Of a stretch of DNA of 64,000 nt, positions 37,459 through 47,190 are shown piece after piece; positions within the stretch are counted from its first letter, which is position 1, and every line of letters begins with the position of its first letter. The notes beneath the pieces were generated by a model, which searched no databases, had not been told where the DNA came from, and worked only from the letters and a program-made list of their open reading frames with translations. A program made the translations under genes and the position numbers. The DNA is taken from IMG/VR virus record IMGVR_UViG_3300044640_002305; one strand, given 5' to 3'. The DNA is from an uncultured virus (IMG/VR IMGVR_UViG_3300044640_002305) (lineage: Duplodnaviria > Heunggongvirae > Uroviricota > Caudoviricetes).

Positions 37459-37660
37459 TTATTACTTTATTAATCTCAACATTCTTTTTAGTTGGGCAAT
37501 TATCACAGTAAGTGATATCCAATATCTCCCTTATTTCATCAGTTAAACCAAGTAATGCATCAGCATTACCTATATAATTTATAATTCCTTGATAACCCTC
37601 AAGTCTAAATCTTTCTAATAAAATTTCTTTCTTAATAATTCTTTTATTAAATCCCATCAC
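37448..37660 (-). CDS. Hypothetical protein
   Basis: 70 aa, MGFNKR start, CDNC. Confidence 0.6.
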   Translation of the reverse strand: MMGFNKRIIKKEILLERFRLEGYQGIINYIGNADALLGLTDEIREILDITYCDNCPTKKNVEINKVINGK

Positions 37661-38622
37661 AATTCACTTTCTTTAAGAATAATACCACTTTTCATACATT
37701 CAATCACACCTTCTCTACCAAAGTCTTCATGAATTTTGGCTATATCATAACCTTCTTTCATTTTAACAATTCTAATTCTACCAAATAATTTTCCAACATT
37801 CAACTTTGCATAATGTTTTTTAGCGTCTTCCCATGCATCATCATCTAAGAGAATTATTACATTACCGTTTGTTTTATGGAATAAAGAATGCATTAGTTTA
37901 TCAGAAATTTTTTTACCCAATAGTGGGATTGAGTTATGAACTACAATATGGTCAAAAGGTCCTTCAACCAAATAAACATCTGAATCCCAATCTACACAAC
38001 ATTCGTTAAATATTAAAATTTCTTTATCCGAATCAGGATTTAAGTACTTTGGTTTTGCATTAACATAAGTTCTTGTTACCCAATAATTTAATTCATTATT
38101 AATATCATAAGAAGGAATTACAACCCTAGAGTCGTACTGTCCCCCACTAACATAACCCATTTTATATCTTTGGATTATTTCTTTTTTAATTTTTCTTTCT
38201 TTAGTAAGATAATTCCAAGCTTGTTTATATAACAGTGATTTAGGGTTACCTTCTTCAAAACTAATAAATCCTTTTGGTAAGGTTAAGTCTTCGATAACGT
38301 TGGCATCTTTTACTTTAGATTTAAAATCATCTAAAGTGTAACCAATCATTTTTAGTTTTTTAACTTGTTGTTTGTTAGCAAAACTTCTGAATAATTTTTT
38401 AAGACTACCCTTGGTTCCATTAACCTCACCACAAGCCCAACAATTATAAACACCCTCAGATAAGTTAACCTCTAAATTACCTTTACCATCACCTTCATAT
38501 TCACCTTTTTCGGCAGAACAAACAGGACAATCAAAACTATATTGTTGTTTAGAAACATTTGTCTTTTTAGGTTTCCCTAAGACATCCAAAATTATACCGT
38601 AAATGAGTGAGTTTTCAACCAT
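37657..38622 (-). CDS. DNA primase
   Basis: CPVC...CWAC Zn finger, KYLNP, TOPRIM VEGPFD, LDDDA. Confidence 0.9.
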   Translation of the reverse strand: MVENSLIYGIILDVLGKPKKTNVSKQQYSFDCPVCSAEKGEYEGDGKGNLEVNLSEGVYNCWACGEVNGTKGSLKKLFRSFANKQQVKKLKMIGYTLDDFKSKVKDANVIEDLTLPKGFISFEEGNPKSLLYKQAWNYLTKERKIKKEIIQRYKMGYVSGGQYDSRVVIPSYDINNELNYWVTRTYVNAKPKYLNPDSDKEILIFNECCVDWDSDVYLVEGPFDHIVVHNSIPLLGKKISDKLMHSLFHKTNGNVIILLDDDAWEDAKKHYAKLNVGKLFGRIRIVKMKEGYDIAKIHEDFGREGVIECMKSGIILKESEL

Positions 38623-38623
38623 A

Positions 38624-39100
38624 TTAAATAATAGGTAAGTTAAGTTCTTCGATTACTGTACCTTCTTGGTCACAAATTATAATACCCAAGTCACTATAAG
38701 CCTCTATAAAGTTTTTTTCTTTATGTTTTTTAAGGTACGTTGATACAGAAACATTTTCCTCTGACAATATTTTTATTGTATAACAATAGTCTTTTAGGAA
38801 ATTAATGAACTCATCAAAAGTTACGATTTCTTCTGAATGTATTTTTTCTAATAATTTTTTAGAACAGTTAGTTCTACCATTACAGTGTTCCTCTGTAACT
38901 CTACCTTCTTTGTTAAAGGCTCTTAAAGAAATAAATTCTTTTTGAAAGAATGTTGTGTTTGTTTCGTCATAGATTGGACTTCTAAAGTGTGAAACGTATT
39001 TATGTTTTTTATATTCATCTTTTGTTTCATAATATAATTTAGAATACATCTTAGCCTCTTCCCATAAACATTCTAATGCTAGTTTTTTATTTTCAGTCAT
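38624..39100 (-). CDS. Hypothetical protein with its own host-type promoter
   Basis: 158 aa; TEEH motif. Confidence 0.65.
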   Translation of the reverse strand: MTENKKLALECLWEEAKMYSKLYYETKDEYKKHKYVSHFRSPIYDETNTTFFQKEFISLRAFNKEGRVTEEHCNGRTNCSKKLLEKIHSEEIVTFDEFINFLKDYCYTIKILSEENVSVSTYLKKHKEKNFIEAYSDLGIIICDQEGTVIEELNLPII

Positions 39101-39104
39101 AATA

Positions 39105-39135
39105 CAAATATAGTATATTTTTTCAATAAAACAAA
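39105..39135 (-). promoter_or_regulatory. Bacteroidota-type sigma-A promoter
   Basis: TTTG-N19-TATATTTG upstream of the ATG at 39100. Confidence 0.65.
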
Positions 39136-39162
39136 AATATCGGTCAAAATTGGCCGATATTT
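39133..39162 (-). terminator. Intrinsic terminator after the resolvase gene
   Basis: ATATCGG.CA...TG.CCGATAT inverted repeat with a G-U pair on the minus strand, then Us. Confidence 0.6.
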
Positions 39163-39185
39163 AATAATTTTTTATATAATGTGGG

Positions 39186-39818
39186 TTATTTTTTGGTACA
39201 ATCCCAATGGTTTTCTTTACACATAAACCCTCTGACAGCGGCGTAACTATCCGTCATATCAAAATTTTCTTTTTTAAGTTTTTGGTTTCTATCATACTCC
39301 CAAACAATTTGTGGTTCCAAATCAGCTATTTTTTCCCAAATAATTTGTTTTTTATCAACCTCCCAAGAGAAAGCACCAAATAAAACAGGTGTAGCCCTAT
39401 CAATATCTTTTTGTTTGTATGGTTCACCTTTCTTATTATGTGTTCTTAATTGAACCAATTCAGGGAAGGAGTACCTTCTAGCGTCGTTTGATGATACAAA
39501 GTCTGGTATGACATTTAATACCTCTGATACTACCTTAGATATCATCCCATTAAACTTAAGTAATGTGGCAACAGTATATACGTTATTACTATTCAATAAA
39601 GGTTCTTCAATTATAACTTTCTCAATATCAAACTCAATATAACGAGTTATTAATCTTTCAAAAGCATCAACCTTTTTAAACAATTCTTCTAGTTTTGTTT
39701 CAGGTTGAGGTTTAATTTTTGGTGTGATGTGCGTTAATTCTAACAATTTTCCGTCAGCTTCAAATAAAGCCATACCAATGGTTTTTGTTGACACATCTAG
39801 TCCGAGTATTCTTGACAT
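39186..39818 (-). CDS. RuvC-like Holliday junction resolvase
   Basis: ILGLDVSTKTIG, IIEEP, DMTDS. Confidence 0.8.
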   Translation of the reverse strand: MSRILGLDVSTKTIGMALFEADGKLLELTHITPKIKPQPETKLEELFKKVDAFERLITRYIEFDIEKVIIEEPLLNSNNVYTVATLLKFNGMISKVVSEVLNVIPDFVSSNDARRYSFPELVQLRTHNKKGEPYKQKDIDRATPVLFGAFSWEVDKKQIIWEKIADLEPQIVWEYDRNQKLKKENFDMTDSYAAVRGFMCKENHWDCTKK

Positions 39819-39839
39819 TTAAAACATTTTTTATTTATA

Positions 39840-40991
39840 TTATGATGGGTATACAGAAGTATTTACTGATGTACCCCATACAGTTCCAATTCCACCATCC
39901 AATTTAACACTAAGATTCAATACAACATAGTTGTCAGTTTTCTCAATAATACTTGTTGGTGTTCCAATAGCGGTAACTTGTCCAGCTGTATCATATAGAC
40001 ACACTTGTGTTACTTTAACCACTTCCTCACAATTAGTCTCACCATTAGCAATAGCTTGTTTTCTAGATGGGTTAGTTGTGAATTTTAAAATATCTGGTGA
40101 AGCATTAATTCTAACATCTGCTGATACACTACTATCATAGTCTGTAACAACTGTGTAAGAAATATTTGGTGCGAATGTTGCTCTTGTTGTTCCCGTACCT
40201 CCTGTTGCTAAAGCAAAATTAAATCCTTGAACAATCGTTGGGTCCCAAAGAGTAACTATACCACTAATACAATCTACCATACCAGCCGCTAAATGATAAC
40301 CACTACCATTAAATCTAGCAGTTAATTTACCGTTTGCGTAAGGATTTGTGACTTTATGTGCCTGACTGAATCCTGAAGTAGACCCTGTAGTTAAACTTGT
40401 ATAATCATTAAATAAAAATACAATTCCACTTTCATAAGTAGGTCCGTTATTACCCCTACCAGTTTCTTGGCCCATACCTGTATCAATAACAGCCTCTTTT
40501 AGTGACTCAAATTTTCTAGTATCACCAACAGTTTTAGCACAAACACCAGCTGTGTTTCTAGTTAAGATTTCAGGTGTATTATAAAAAGTAAAATAATTAG
40601 TTAAAGCGGTTATACCTGATAAAGTACTTCCCGTAAAGGATGTCGGTATTACAAGTGCCCCATCTCTACCAATTAAAGCTTGTCTATATGTTTCGTTATT
40701 AATTAAACCAACAATAATACCAGTACTATTATAAGCTTCATAAAGTTTTTCTAATGAGGTACCTAAATAACCACCATTATTAAAAGATATATTATAGTTA
40801 TCAGCTATTTCATCTGTGTATAAACCAAGATTAGCGTAGAAATGTGACCACACATTAGTTGTAAATCCTGAATTTGAAGAAGATGGTACGTATGTCCATT
40901 CTATTTCATTACCAGGGATTGCATAAAAATATGAACTTTCCTCTTCGGTTGTTTTTATGTTAACATTTTCTACAGGTACTAATGAACTCAT
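39840..40991 (-). CDS. Virion structural protein (baseplate/tail)
   Basis: T/G/S-rich; C-terminal TTNPS...VTQVCLYD..G..AIG....IEK, paralogous to the end of 42683-44719. Confidence 0.6.
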   Translation of the reverse strand: MSSLVPVENVNIKTTEEESSYFYAIPGNEIEWTYVPSSSNSGFTTNVWSHFYANLGLYTDEIADNYNISFNNGGYLGTSLEKLYEAYNSTGIIVGLINNETYRQALIGRDGALVIPTSFTGSTLSGITALTNYFTFYNTPEILTRNTAGVCAKTVGDTRKFESLKEAVIDTGMGQETGRGNNGPTYESGIVFLFNDYTSLTTGSTSGFSQAHKVTNPYANGKLTARFNGSGYHLAAGMVDCISGIVTLWDPTIVQGFNFALATGGTGTTRATFAPNISYTVVTDYDSSVSADVRINASPDILKFTTNPSRKQAIANGETNCEEVVKVTQVCLYDTAGQVTAIGTPTSIIEKTDNYVVLNLSVKLDGGIGTVWGTSVNTSVYPS

Positions 40992-41002
40992 TAATTTTTT
41001 AT

Positions 41003-41305
41003 TTAAATTGTTGTTATTGTTTGAGTGTTTGTGGTACTATCGTATGAAATAGCTATACCACTATTATTAACTTTTTGAACAGTGAATGAAACGGGTAATA
41101 ACCTCATTCCATTAAGACCTAAAGGTATCACATCTGCTGCTCCTAAATTAATTGTTTGTAACCTATCATTAACTTTATAGTAAAGGTCGACAGAACTTGA
41201 CGAAAGGAAAGCGTTGTATTCAGCATTATTGTTTCCTTCAACTAAGTCATTAAATTTATTCTGATTATTATAATCACTTAAAGTATTGTAATATATCTTT
41301 ACCAT
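41003..41305 (-). CDS. Hypothetical structural-module protein
   Basis: 100-aa ORF. Confidence 0.55.
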   Translation of the reverse strand: MVKIYYNTLSDYNNQNKFNDLVEGNNNAEYNAFLSSSSVDLYYKVNDRLQTINLGAADVIPLGLNGMRLLPVSFTVQKVNNSGIAISYDSTTNTQTITTI

Positions 41306-42450
41306 TAGTTAACTATTAATATATTGTTATATCCTAATATTGTTGCATTAGGTTCATAAACGAAGTTTAAACTTACATTACCACCTATAATCGGTAGGTC
41401 TCCAGTATCGTTAAGTCTTAGTCTAAGATTAATTGGCATCTCCCATTTATCAAATGAAGTTTCTTTAAAATAAAACTCAACATGATTTTTAGCTTTTTCA
41501 ATCATACCGATAATTAAAGATTGTTCATCTGAATTTTGGTACCCCCAAATGGCTTGAGCCATAAAACCATTTAAATCAACTGAATTATATGTTCTAGGTT
41601 CTTTTAAATAATAAACATCTTTAGAACCATTACTTCCAAGTAATACTGCCGGTCTAATTTCCTTATAACTAGAAGCTGTACCCATTTTGTTAAATGGAAT
41701 AAAGTTTGTTAAACCATTAACAACGTACCCAAATTGTGGGGCGTTAAATGTTAAAAATGAGTTATGACCTTCTAAGTAATTATTACCTTCTATATTAGCA
41801 CCAAAACCAAATAGTAATCCAGTATAGAATCTATCAAAAGATTTATCTGATTGGGTTCTAACACCGTTATCAAAACTTATATACTTACTATTAAAGTTTA
41901 CGTAGTTCTTTTTATCCTCATCACCAAAGAATTCATATGAAGTAACAAAGTTATTTGTTGTATCTAAATTAGACCAAGCATTAGTCACAAAGTCTTGTTC
42001 TTGTTTTACTAAATAAATCCCTTGGAATAATTTTAAACTTGTTTCTAGATTTTCTGTATAAGCTGAATAAGTTGTTACATCCGTTAACCAAGCAAAGTAT
42101 TCGTGTAAGTTTATTGTCATTGTTAGATTACTACTAGTGTAATCATTAACACCACAGTCTTGTTTGTAAAAATTAACAACCCATCTCTGTGCAGTCTTTA
42201 CCATTTCTTGCATTGGTGGTGGTGTGACTTGTGCTTCCGTTGGGATAGCGTCAGTACATGATTTTCTTGCTGTAAATAAATTTTTAGAACCTGTTATATT
42301 CATTATGTCTTCCAGATTTGGGTCCGTAGTGACGTAATAAAGTTCATTCATATCAGATAAGCTAAAATACTTAAAACTCTGTTCAGCACCATTAGTCATT
42401 ACTCTACGTAATCCGTAATTGGTTAATTTTAAACTTACATTATTTGCCAT
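41305..42450 (-). CDS. Virion structural protein
   Basis: N-terminal LT..G...F.YFS.SD motif shared with the next two genes. Confidence 0.6.
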   Translation of the reverse strand: MANNVSLKLTNYGLRRVMTNGAEQSFKYFSLSDMNELYYVTTDPNLEDIMNITGSKNLFTARKSCTDAIPTEAQVTPPPMQEMVKTAQRWVVNFYKQDCGVNDYTSSNLTMTINLHEYFAWLTDVTTYSAYTENLETSLKLFQGIYLVKQEQDFVTNAWSNLDTTNNFVTSYEFFGDEDKKNYVNFNSKYISFDNGVRTQSDKSFDRFYTGLLFGFGANIEGNNYLEGHNSFLTFNAPQFGYVVNGLTNFIPFNKMGTASSYKEIRPAVLLGSNGSKDVYYLKEPRTYNSVDLNGFMAQAIWGYQNSDEQSLIIGMIEKAKNHVEFYFKETSFDKWEMPINLRLRLNDTGDLPIIGGNVSLNFVYEPNATILGYNNILIVN

Positions 42451-42683
42451 TATTCTTTTATTTTTACTTTATATCTTGGTTCACTTTTAGTTGTAGAACT
42501 TTTATGACTACCCGTTATTTCTAGAATACCTTGTGGTTCAACACATAAATGATATATTACTGTATCATCCGAAAAACTAAAGTATCTAAACGTATCTTTG
42601 AACCCATTAGTTAAAAACTTTGTTTTACCATATGGAGTTAAGATTAATTTTACTTCATCAATATTGTTATCTAAAAATCCCAT
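42450..42683 (-). CDS. Small structural protein
   Basis: MGFLDN..LTPYGK..FRYFSFSDD motif. Confidence 0.6.
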   Translation of the reverse strand: MGFLDNNIDEVKLILTPYGKTKFLTNGFKDTFRYFSFSDDTVIYHLCVEPQGILEITGSHKSSTTKSEPRYKVKIKE

Positions 42684-44719
42684 TATAAATCAAAAGCTAT
42701 TTCAATTATAACCGTTGTTGTGTTATTTTTTTCTATCGGTAGGTTTAGTTTACCAATAGCAACTAATTCACCACCTGTACTATAAATACCAACTTCAGAA
42801 ATGTGGACATTTTGGCCACTATTAAACCACGTTGGGTTTGTTGTTGAGTTAAATAAGGTAGGTGGTACAACAATATTAAATTTAGTTCTCCATTTTCTTG
42901 TTGTACCTGCGGAACTAACATTACCGAAGAAGAAATTTTCGTCACCAAATTGTAGTAAATTTTGTTGTATTGTTGTTGGTACTGTCAAATAGTTGTTCAC
43001 AATATATTGTGTAGATGCTGACAAATACATATTTTTATTAATTGTAAATGTTGTGTTTTCTAAATTTAACGGGTTAATAGTATCACCAACTACTTGGCCA
43101 TTAATTTGGTTTGTGTAATCCATAATTACCCAACCATCAGAAACAGGTTTTTCACCTGAAGAAACTCTTTGTGCGATTAAATATAATTTATCAGCTTCAA
43201 ATCCAGTTCCACCACTAACCGTCATGTACGGTAGTCCCGAAGTCGGGAATGTGATTTGTACGTCTTTTTTAGCGTTATCAGGACATTCTTGTTCAGTTAA
43301 AACAACACATGTATAATTTTGTGCGTGTAAACCTGTTGTATAACCAGAACTACTAGCCAACATGTATGATACATATAAATCTTGTGTTTGGCCAATTAAA
43401 CCATCTGTAGCCGTAACTAAACCATATCCTAAAGTTGGTAAAGTCCAATTCCTATTAGATTTATATGACATTGCTGCCACTAATTCTTGGTCGTCTATTG
43501 TCATAACTTGTTGGTCAGGAAAAATCCTACCAACATAATTAATACCACTACTATCAACTAAATCATAATATCTAACCTCAGTAGAAACACCACTAAAGGT
43601 TACGTATTTTTCAACACCAGTACCTGAGAATGTCTCACCAATCATATCTGCTGTACCCGAACCTGAGAATACTCTACCATGCCACATCAATGTAGGCATA
43701 TTAAGTATCGGTGATGCTGGTACTGTTGTATCGATATAAAGTCTTTGTCCGTAAACACTTTCAGATTGGTTGTTACAAGTCTGTACGTTAGTGTAGTGAA
43801 CTAAAGCAATTGACCTTTCATCTTCACAATTACTAGTTATTTCAGAAGTATATCCAAAATATTCTTTTGAACCAACATAACTTTCACTTCCGTATAGATT
43901 AAAATTCTCAAAAGTACCAATACCATCATCAATACCTGCCATAGGATATGACCATACATTGTTTTGGTTCCATACTGTTCCTGCTGAATATATTCCGTCA
44001 GTACTAAAAGTATTTCCTGTTGGGTAAAATGCTGACCAACAATAATTGGTTCCTGTATAACCAGGGAAGTAAGCAAAATTTCTATCTAAAGTTACGTTTA
44101 AAGTATTTGCTGATAATAAACCAGTTTTATTTTGTACCCTATACCATAAGTAAGGTACAGGTATATTTTGGTCGATAACAGCATCTCTTTGTGTAACACT
44201 CAATTCATCATTACTCATTTTAACTAACATAAAATCACCAATAGATGGTTCATATGTGTTAGTTCCATAAGTTGCTGATTGTAAGACAGGTATTACGGTT
44301 GTTGAACCTGTTAAACCACTTAAAGGAACAATCGTATCAGTCTGTAAAACATAATTAGTGGTTGTATAAGCACTATATTCTGTTCCACCTGATGTTATTT
44401 CAAAGAAACCCAATTCAGGTGCTTGTGTTATTGTAACCAACTCTAATGCCGTAACTTGTGTTAGACCTAAAGCCGCTTGGTTAGGTAAACTTGTTAATGT
44501 TGGTAACAAAACCGTCTTCATCTCAGGTTGATTGGCTTTGGCTCTTAAGATATTCTCTAACGTAATATCATATGTTGGCCCCAAAGTTGTGTAATCAATC
44601 TCTGAATCACCTAATTTAAAGGTGTTAAAAGTTAACGCTCCGTTAGCCAATAAATTTCTACCTTTATCTGTAAGTCTTGCACTTACTACAATATTTGAAT
44701 TTTTATCTATATAACTCAC
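42683..44719 (-). CDS. Virion structural (baseplate/tail-fibre attachment) protein
   Basis: ARLTDKGR..LA...F.LGDSEIDY N-terminus; ISEVGIY...LVAIGKL..PIEK C-terminus. Confidence 0.7.
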   Translation of the reverse strand: MSYIDKNSNIVVSARLTDKGRNLLANGALTFNTFKLGDSEIDYTTLGPTYDITLENILRAKANQPEMKTVLLPTLTSLPNQAALGLTQVTALELVTITQAPELGFFEITSGGTEYSAYTTTNYVLQTDTIVPLSGLTGSTTVIPVLQSATYGTNTYEPSIGDFMLVKMSNDELSVTQRDAVIDQNIPVPYLWYRVQNKTGLLSANTLNVTLDRNFAYFPGYTGTNYCWSAFYPTGNTFSTDGIYSAGTVWNQNNVWSYPMAGIDDGIGTFENFNLYGSESYVGSKEYFGYTSEITSNCEDERSIALVHYTNVQTCNNQSESVYGQRLYIDTTVPASPILNMPTLMWHGRVFSGSGTADMIGETFSGTGVEKYVTFSGVSTEVRYYDLVDSSGINYVGRIFPDQQVMTIDDQELVAAMSYKSNRNWTLPTLGYGLVTATDGLIGQTQDLYVSYMLASSSGYTTGLHAQNYTCVVLTEQECPDNAKKDVQITFPTSGLPYMTVSGGTGFEADKLYLIAQRVSSGEKPVSDGWVIMDYTNQINGQVVGDTINPLNLENTTFTINKNMYLSASTQYIVNNYLTVPTTIQQNLLQFGDENFFFGNVSSAGTTRKWRTKFNIVVPPTLFNSTTNPTWFNSGQNVHISEVGIYSTGGELVAIGKLNLPIEKNNTTTVIIEIAFDL

Positions 44720-44755
44720 TTCTTATGTTTTTTTATAAATATTTAAATTATTATT

Positions 44756-47188
44756 TTATTCAAAAAAATCTTTTTTTAATTTATCCAATGCCGTACTACC
44801 AGCCGTTATACCAAAGTAAAAATATACCAAATCGTAACGAGAAGCGTAATAAAGGTCAGCGTTCCAATTGTAGGGACAACCAAACAATCTATTAAGTGTT
44901 AAATCTAAATAACCCCCACTTGTTGGTGCTATAACTGGACTTGTGTTGTTACAATGTGAGACTACTGGGTTACCATCCGAACCGTATATTGGCTGGAAGT
45001 CTATCCTACAGTAATATTTTAACCAACAACCTCCGTGATTTTGTTTTAACTCTTTATCAGCGTATTGTGCATCTAAAAAAGCGTCTGTTGCCCAAATTGA
45101 AAGGTTCTTACCCCATTTACCAGGTAAATTATTGGGTAAATTATTCATATCATTATTCTGATAAGGAAAAAAATCATTGGGGTCTAGGTAAGTTGTTGGT
45201 GATAAAAATGGTATTAGATTTTGTGTTCTAATTCCATTTTCAACATTAGTAGTCATACAAAATCTAGCACCAGTCGGTTTAAAGAAAGGTTTTAAAACGC
45301 TACCAACATTATTAGATAAACTATCTTTTAACGTATCCAATATTTCTTGACACATTAACATAGAACCAATATTCATAATTCTTGTGTCCGAACCCCATTT
45401 ACAATAAACAAATTCTTCTGTGTCGTTAGCACCATTTAATACACCTGGAATTGATTTTGGTGTAATGAATGTACATCTAGTACCTTCTGGCATTTCAGTT
45501 CCATTTGCTTGAGCATTAGCCCAAGAATTCGGGTTTGTGGCTAGTACATTTGGGTATTGTGTGGTGTTTATGGTGTATTGGATATCCCCTTCCACCATAA
45601 AGTAACGGTCAACATTAGCGTTATGACCAAAACCACAACAATCATAATCGCCATTATTTTTTGTTCTTACTTGAAATTTTGGTAAGTAACACCCACCATT
45701 TAACCATGCATCATAAAAACAAGCTTTAACTTTTTTTCTCTTAGAAAAGCCTGAAAAAGGTCTTTTTATGAAAACATTATAAGGGACATCAAGGTTTTTG
45801 TTACCACCTTCAGATTGTGTATCATCCTCATCATCCTCATTACTTAACGAAACTGGGGTAATTACAAATTCACCACAATTTTTTAACCCAATAAAGTCAA
45901 ATCTACCAGATTTCCTTTTCTTTAACTTTCTTATAAATTGTGTTGTAGTATAAACTTGTTTCCATTCAAAAGTATGAAAATCTGTATTAACATTAATCAT
46001 TGCATAACTATCAATGTCGTCAGTAAATCTAACAGAACTATTTGTACTAGGTGTTATTAAACTAGCTGTTCTAAAAGTTTTTCTACCTTTAAAAGTGGCT
46101 GAATTGTCATTAAATTTTAATTTAAATCTATATTTACCTTTAGTGGGTACACCTTTGGTTTGGTCTGGTGATTTAACTAAATTACCGAATTCATCTGTTA
46201 CTACCTTATCATAATACAATGGTAATGTAAATACATAAACACCGTTTTCATCAATTTCTTTCGAGGGTAATCTTGATATGTTTATGGGGTCACCATCATC
46301 ATTAACTTCTAATCTTAGAATATCTACTTGTCCTGAAGCGGTAATTAACTGTGTTTGGTCTCCCATAAATCTTTTAATTCTACAACTTTTCTTTAAATAA
46401 TTCTTATCAGAATCGGTAAAGATTGAACCCATAAAAATAGCGTTAGCAACTAAATCGTTACCAATATTAAAATCAACTCTAGTAATCCCAAAATTACATC
46501 TTTCCTCATCACCCCAAAAAGGAACAACTTCAACACCTTTATTTTGTGTTTTAATTTGTGCCAAACTATCTAGGTTAGTAGATTTTTTAAAATTTTTACC
46601 ATCAAATAAAGAATCAGTGAATCCTTGTGATTTTAAATCATAAGGTCTAAGGCTTAAAAATCCTATGTCACTTATATCAACATCCATGTGTATTGTTTGT
46701 TGTCCAGGTGGAACCCCAAATATGATATAATCTCCTGCGTCATTAGTGACTGTTGTATATCTATAATATTTATCAAATATTTCTAAATAAATTTCATTAT
46801 TTAATAACGTTTCTTTTGTTGGGAAAGTTCCTACGGCCTGATTAAGACTACAAGTTGACTGTTCTAATAATAAATTATATCTATATCCCTCACCATTAAC
46901 ACTAGTTACTGTTTTATAAGGGTATAAAGTATTTATTAAATCATTTTTTTGGTCTTCGCTAGTAACAGGTATAAATATAGAAACCTTAGCATTCGGGACA
47001 CCAAAACCTTCATTAGATATTACACGTCCAACTACAACACCATAATCAGCACAAAAAGATTCATAAACATCTTGTTGTGTTATTTTTAAACTTAAGATTT
47101 CAATAAAATCAAAGTCTTGTTTTAACTCAAAACTAATATTTTTATCTACACCAGGTGTTGTTCTTATTCTTATACTCTTATTCTCCAT
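44756..47188 (-). CDS. Virion structural protein with a carboxypeptidase-regulatory-like (Ig/prealbumin) domain
   Basis: YGVVVGRV...GVPNAKVSIF, TNDAGDY.IFGVP.G. Confidence 0.6.
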   Translation of the reverse strand: MENKSIRIRTTPGVDKNISFELKQDFDFIEILSLKITQQDVYESFCADYGVVVGRVISNEGFGVPNAKVSIFIPVTSEDQKNDLINTLYPYKTVTSVNGEGYRYNLLLEQSTCSLNQAVGTFPTKETLLNNEIYLEIFDKYYRYTTVTNDAGDYIIFGVPPGQQTIHMDVDISDIGFLSLRPYDLKSQGFTDSLFDGKNFKKSTNLDSLAQIKTQNKGVEVVPFWGDEERCNFGITRVDFNIGNDLVANAIFMGSIFTDSDKNYLKKSCRIKRFMGDQTQLITASGQVDILRLEVNDDGDPINISRLPSKEIDENGVYVFTLPLYYDKVVTDEFGNLVKSPDQTKGVPTKGKYRFKLKFNDNSATFKGRKTFRTASLITPSTNSSVRFTDDIDSYAMINVNTDFHTFEWKQVYTTTQFIRKLKKRKSGRFDFIGLKNCGEFVITPVSLSNEDDEDDTQSEGGNKNLDVPYNVFIKRPFSGFSKRKKVKACFYDAWLNGGCYLPKFQVRTKNNGDYDCCGFGHNANVDRYFMVEGDIQYTINTTQYPNVLATNPNSWANAQANGTEMPEGTRCTFITPKSIPGVLNGANDTEEFVYCKWGSDTRIMNIGSMLMCQEILDTLKDSLSNNVGSVLKPFFKPTGARFCMTTNVENGIRTQNLIPFLSPTTYLDPNDFFPYQNNDMNNLPNNLPGKWGKNLSIWATDAFLDAQYADKELKQNHGGCWLKYYCRIDFQPIYGSDGNPVVSHCNNTSPVIAPTSGGYLDLTLNRLFGCPYNWNADLYYASRYDLVYFYFGITAGSTALDKLKKDFFE

Positions 47189-47190
47189 TA

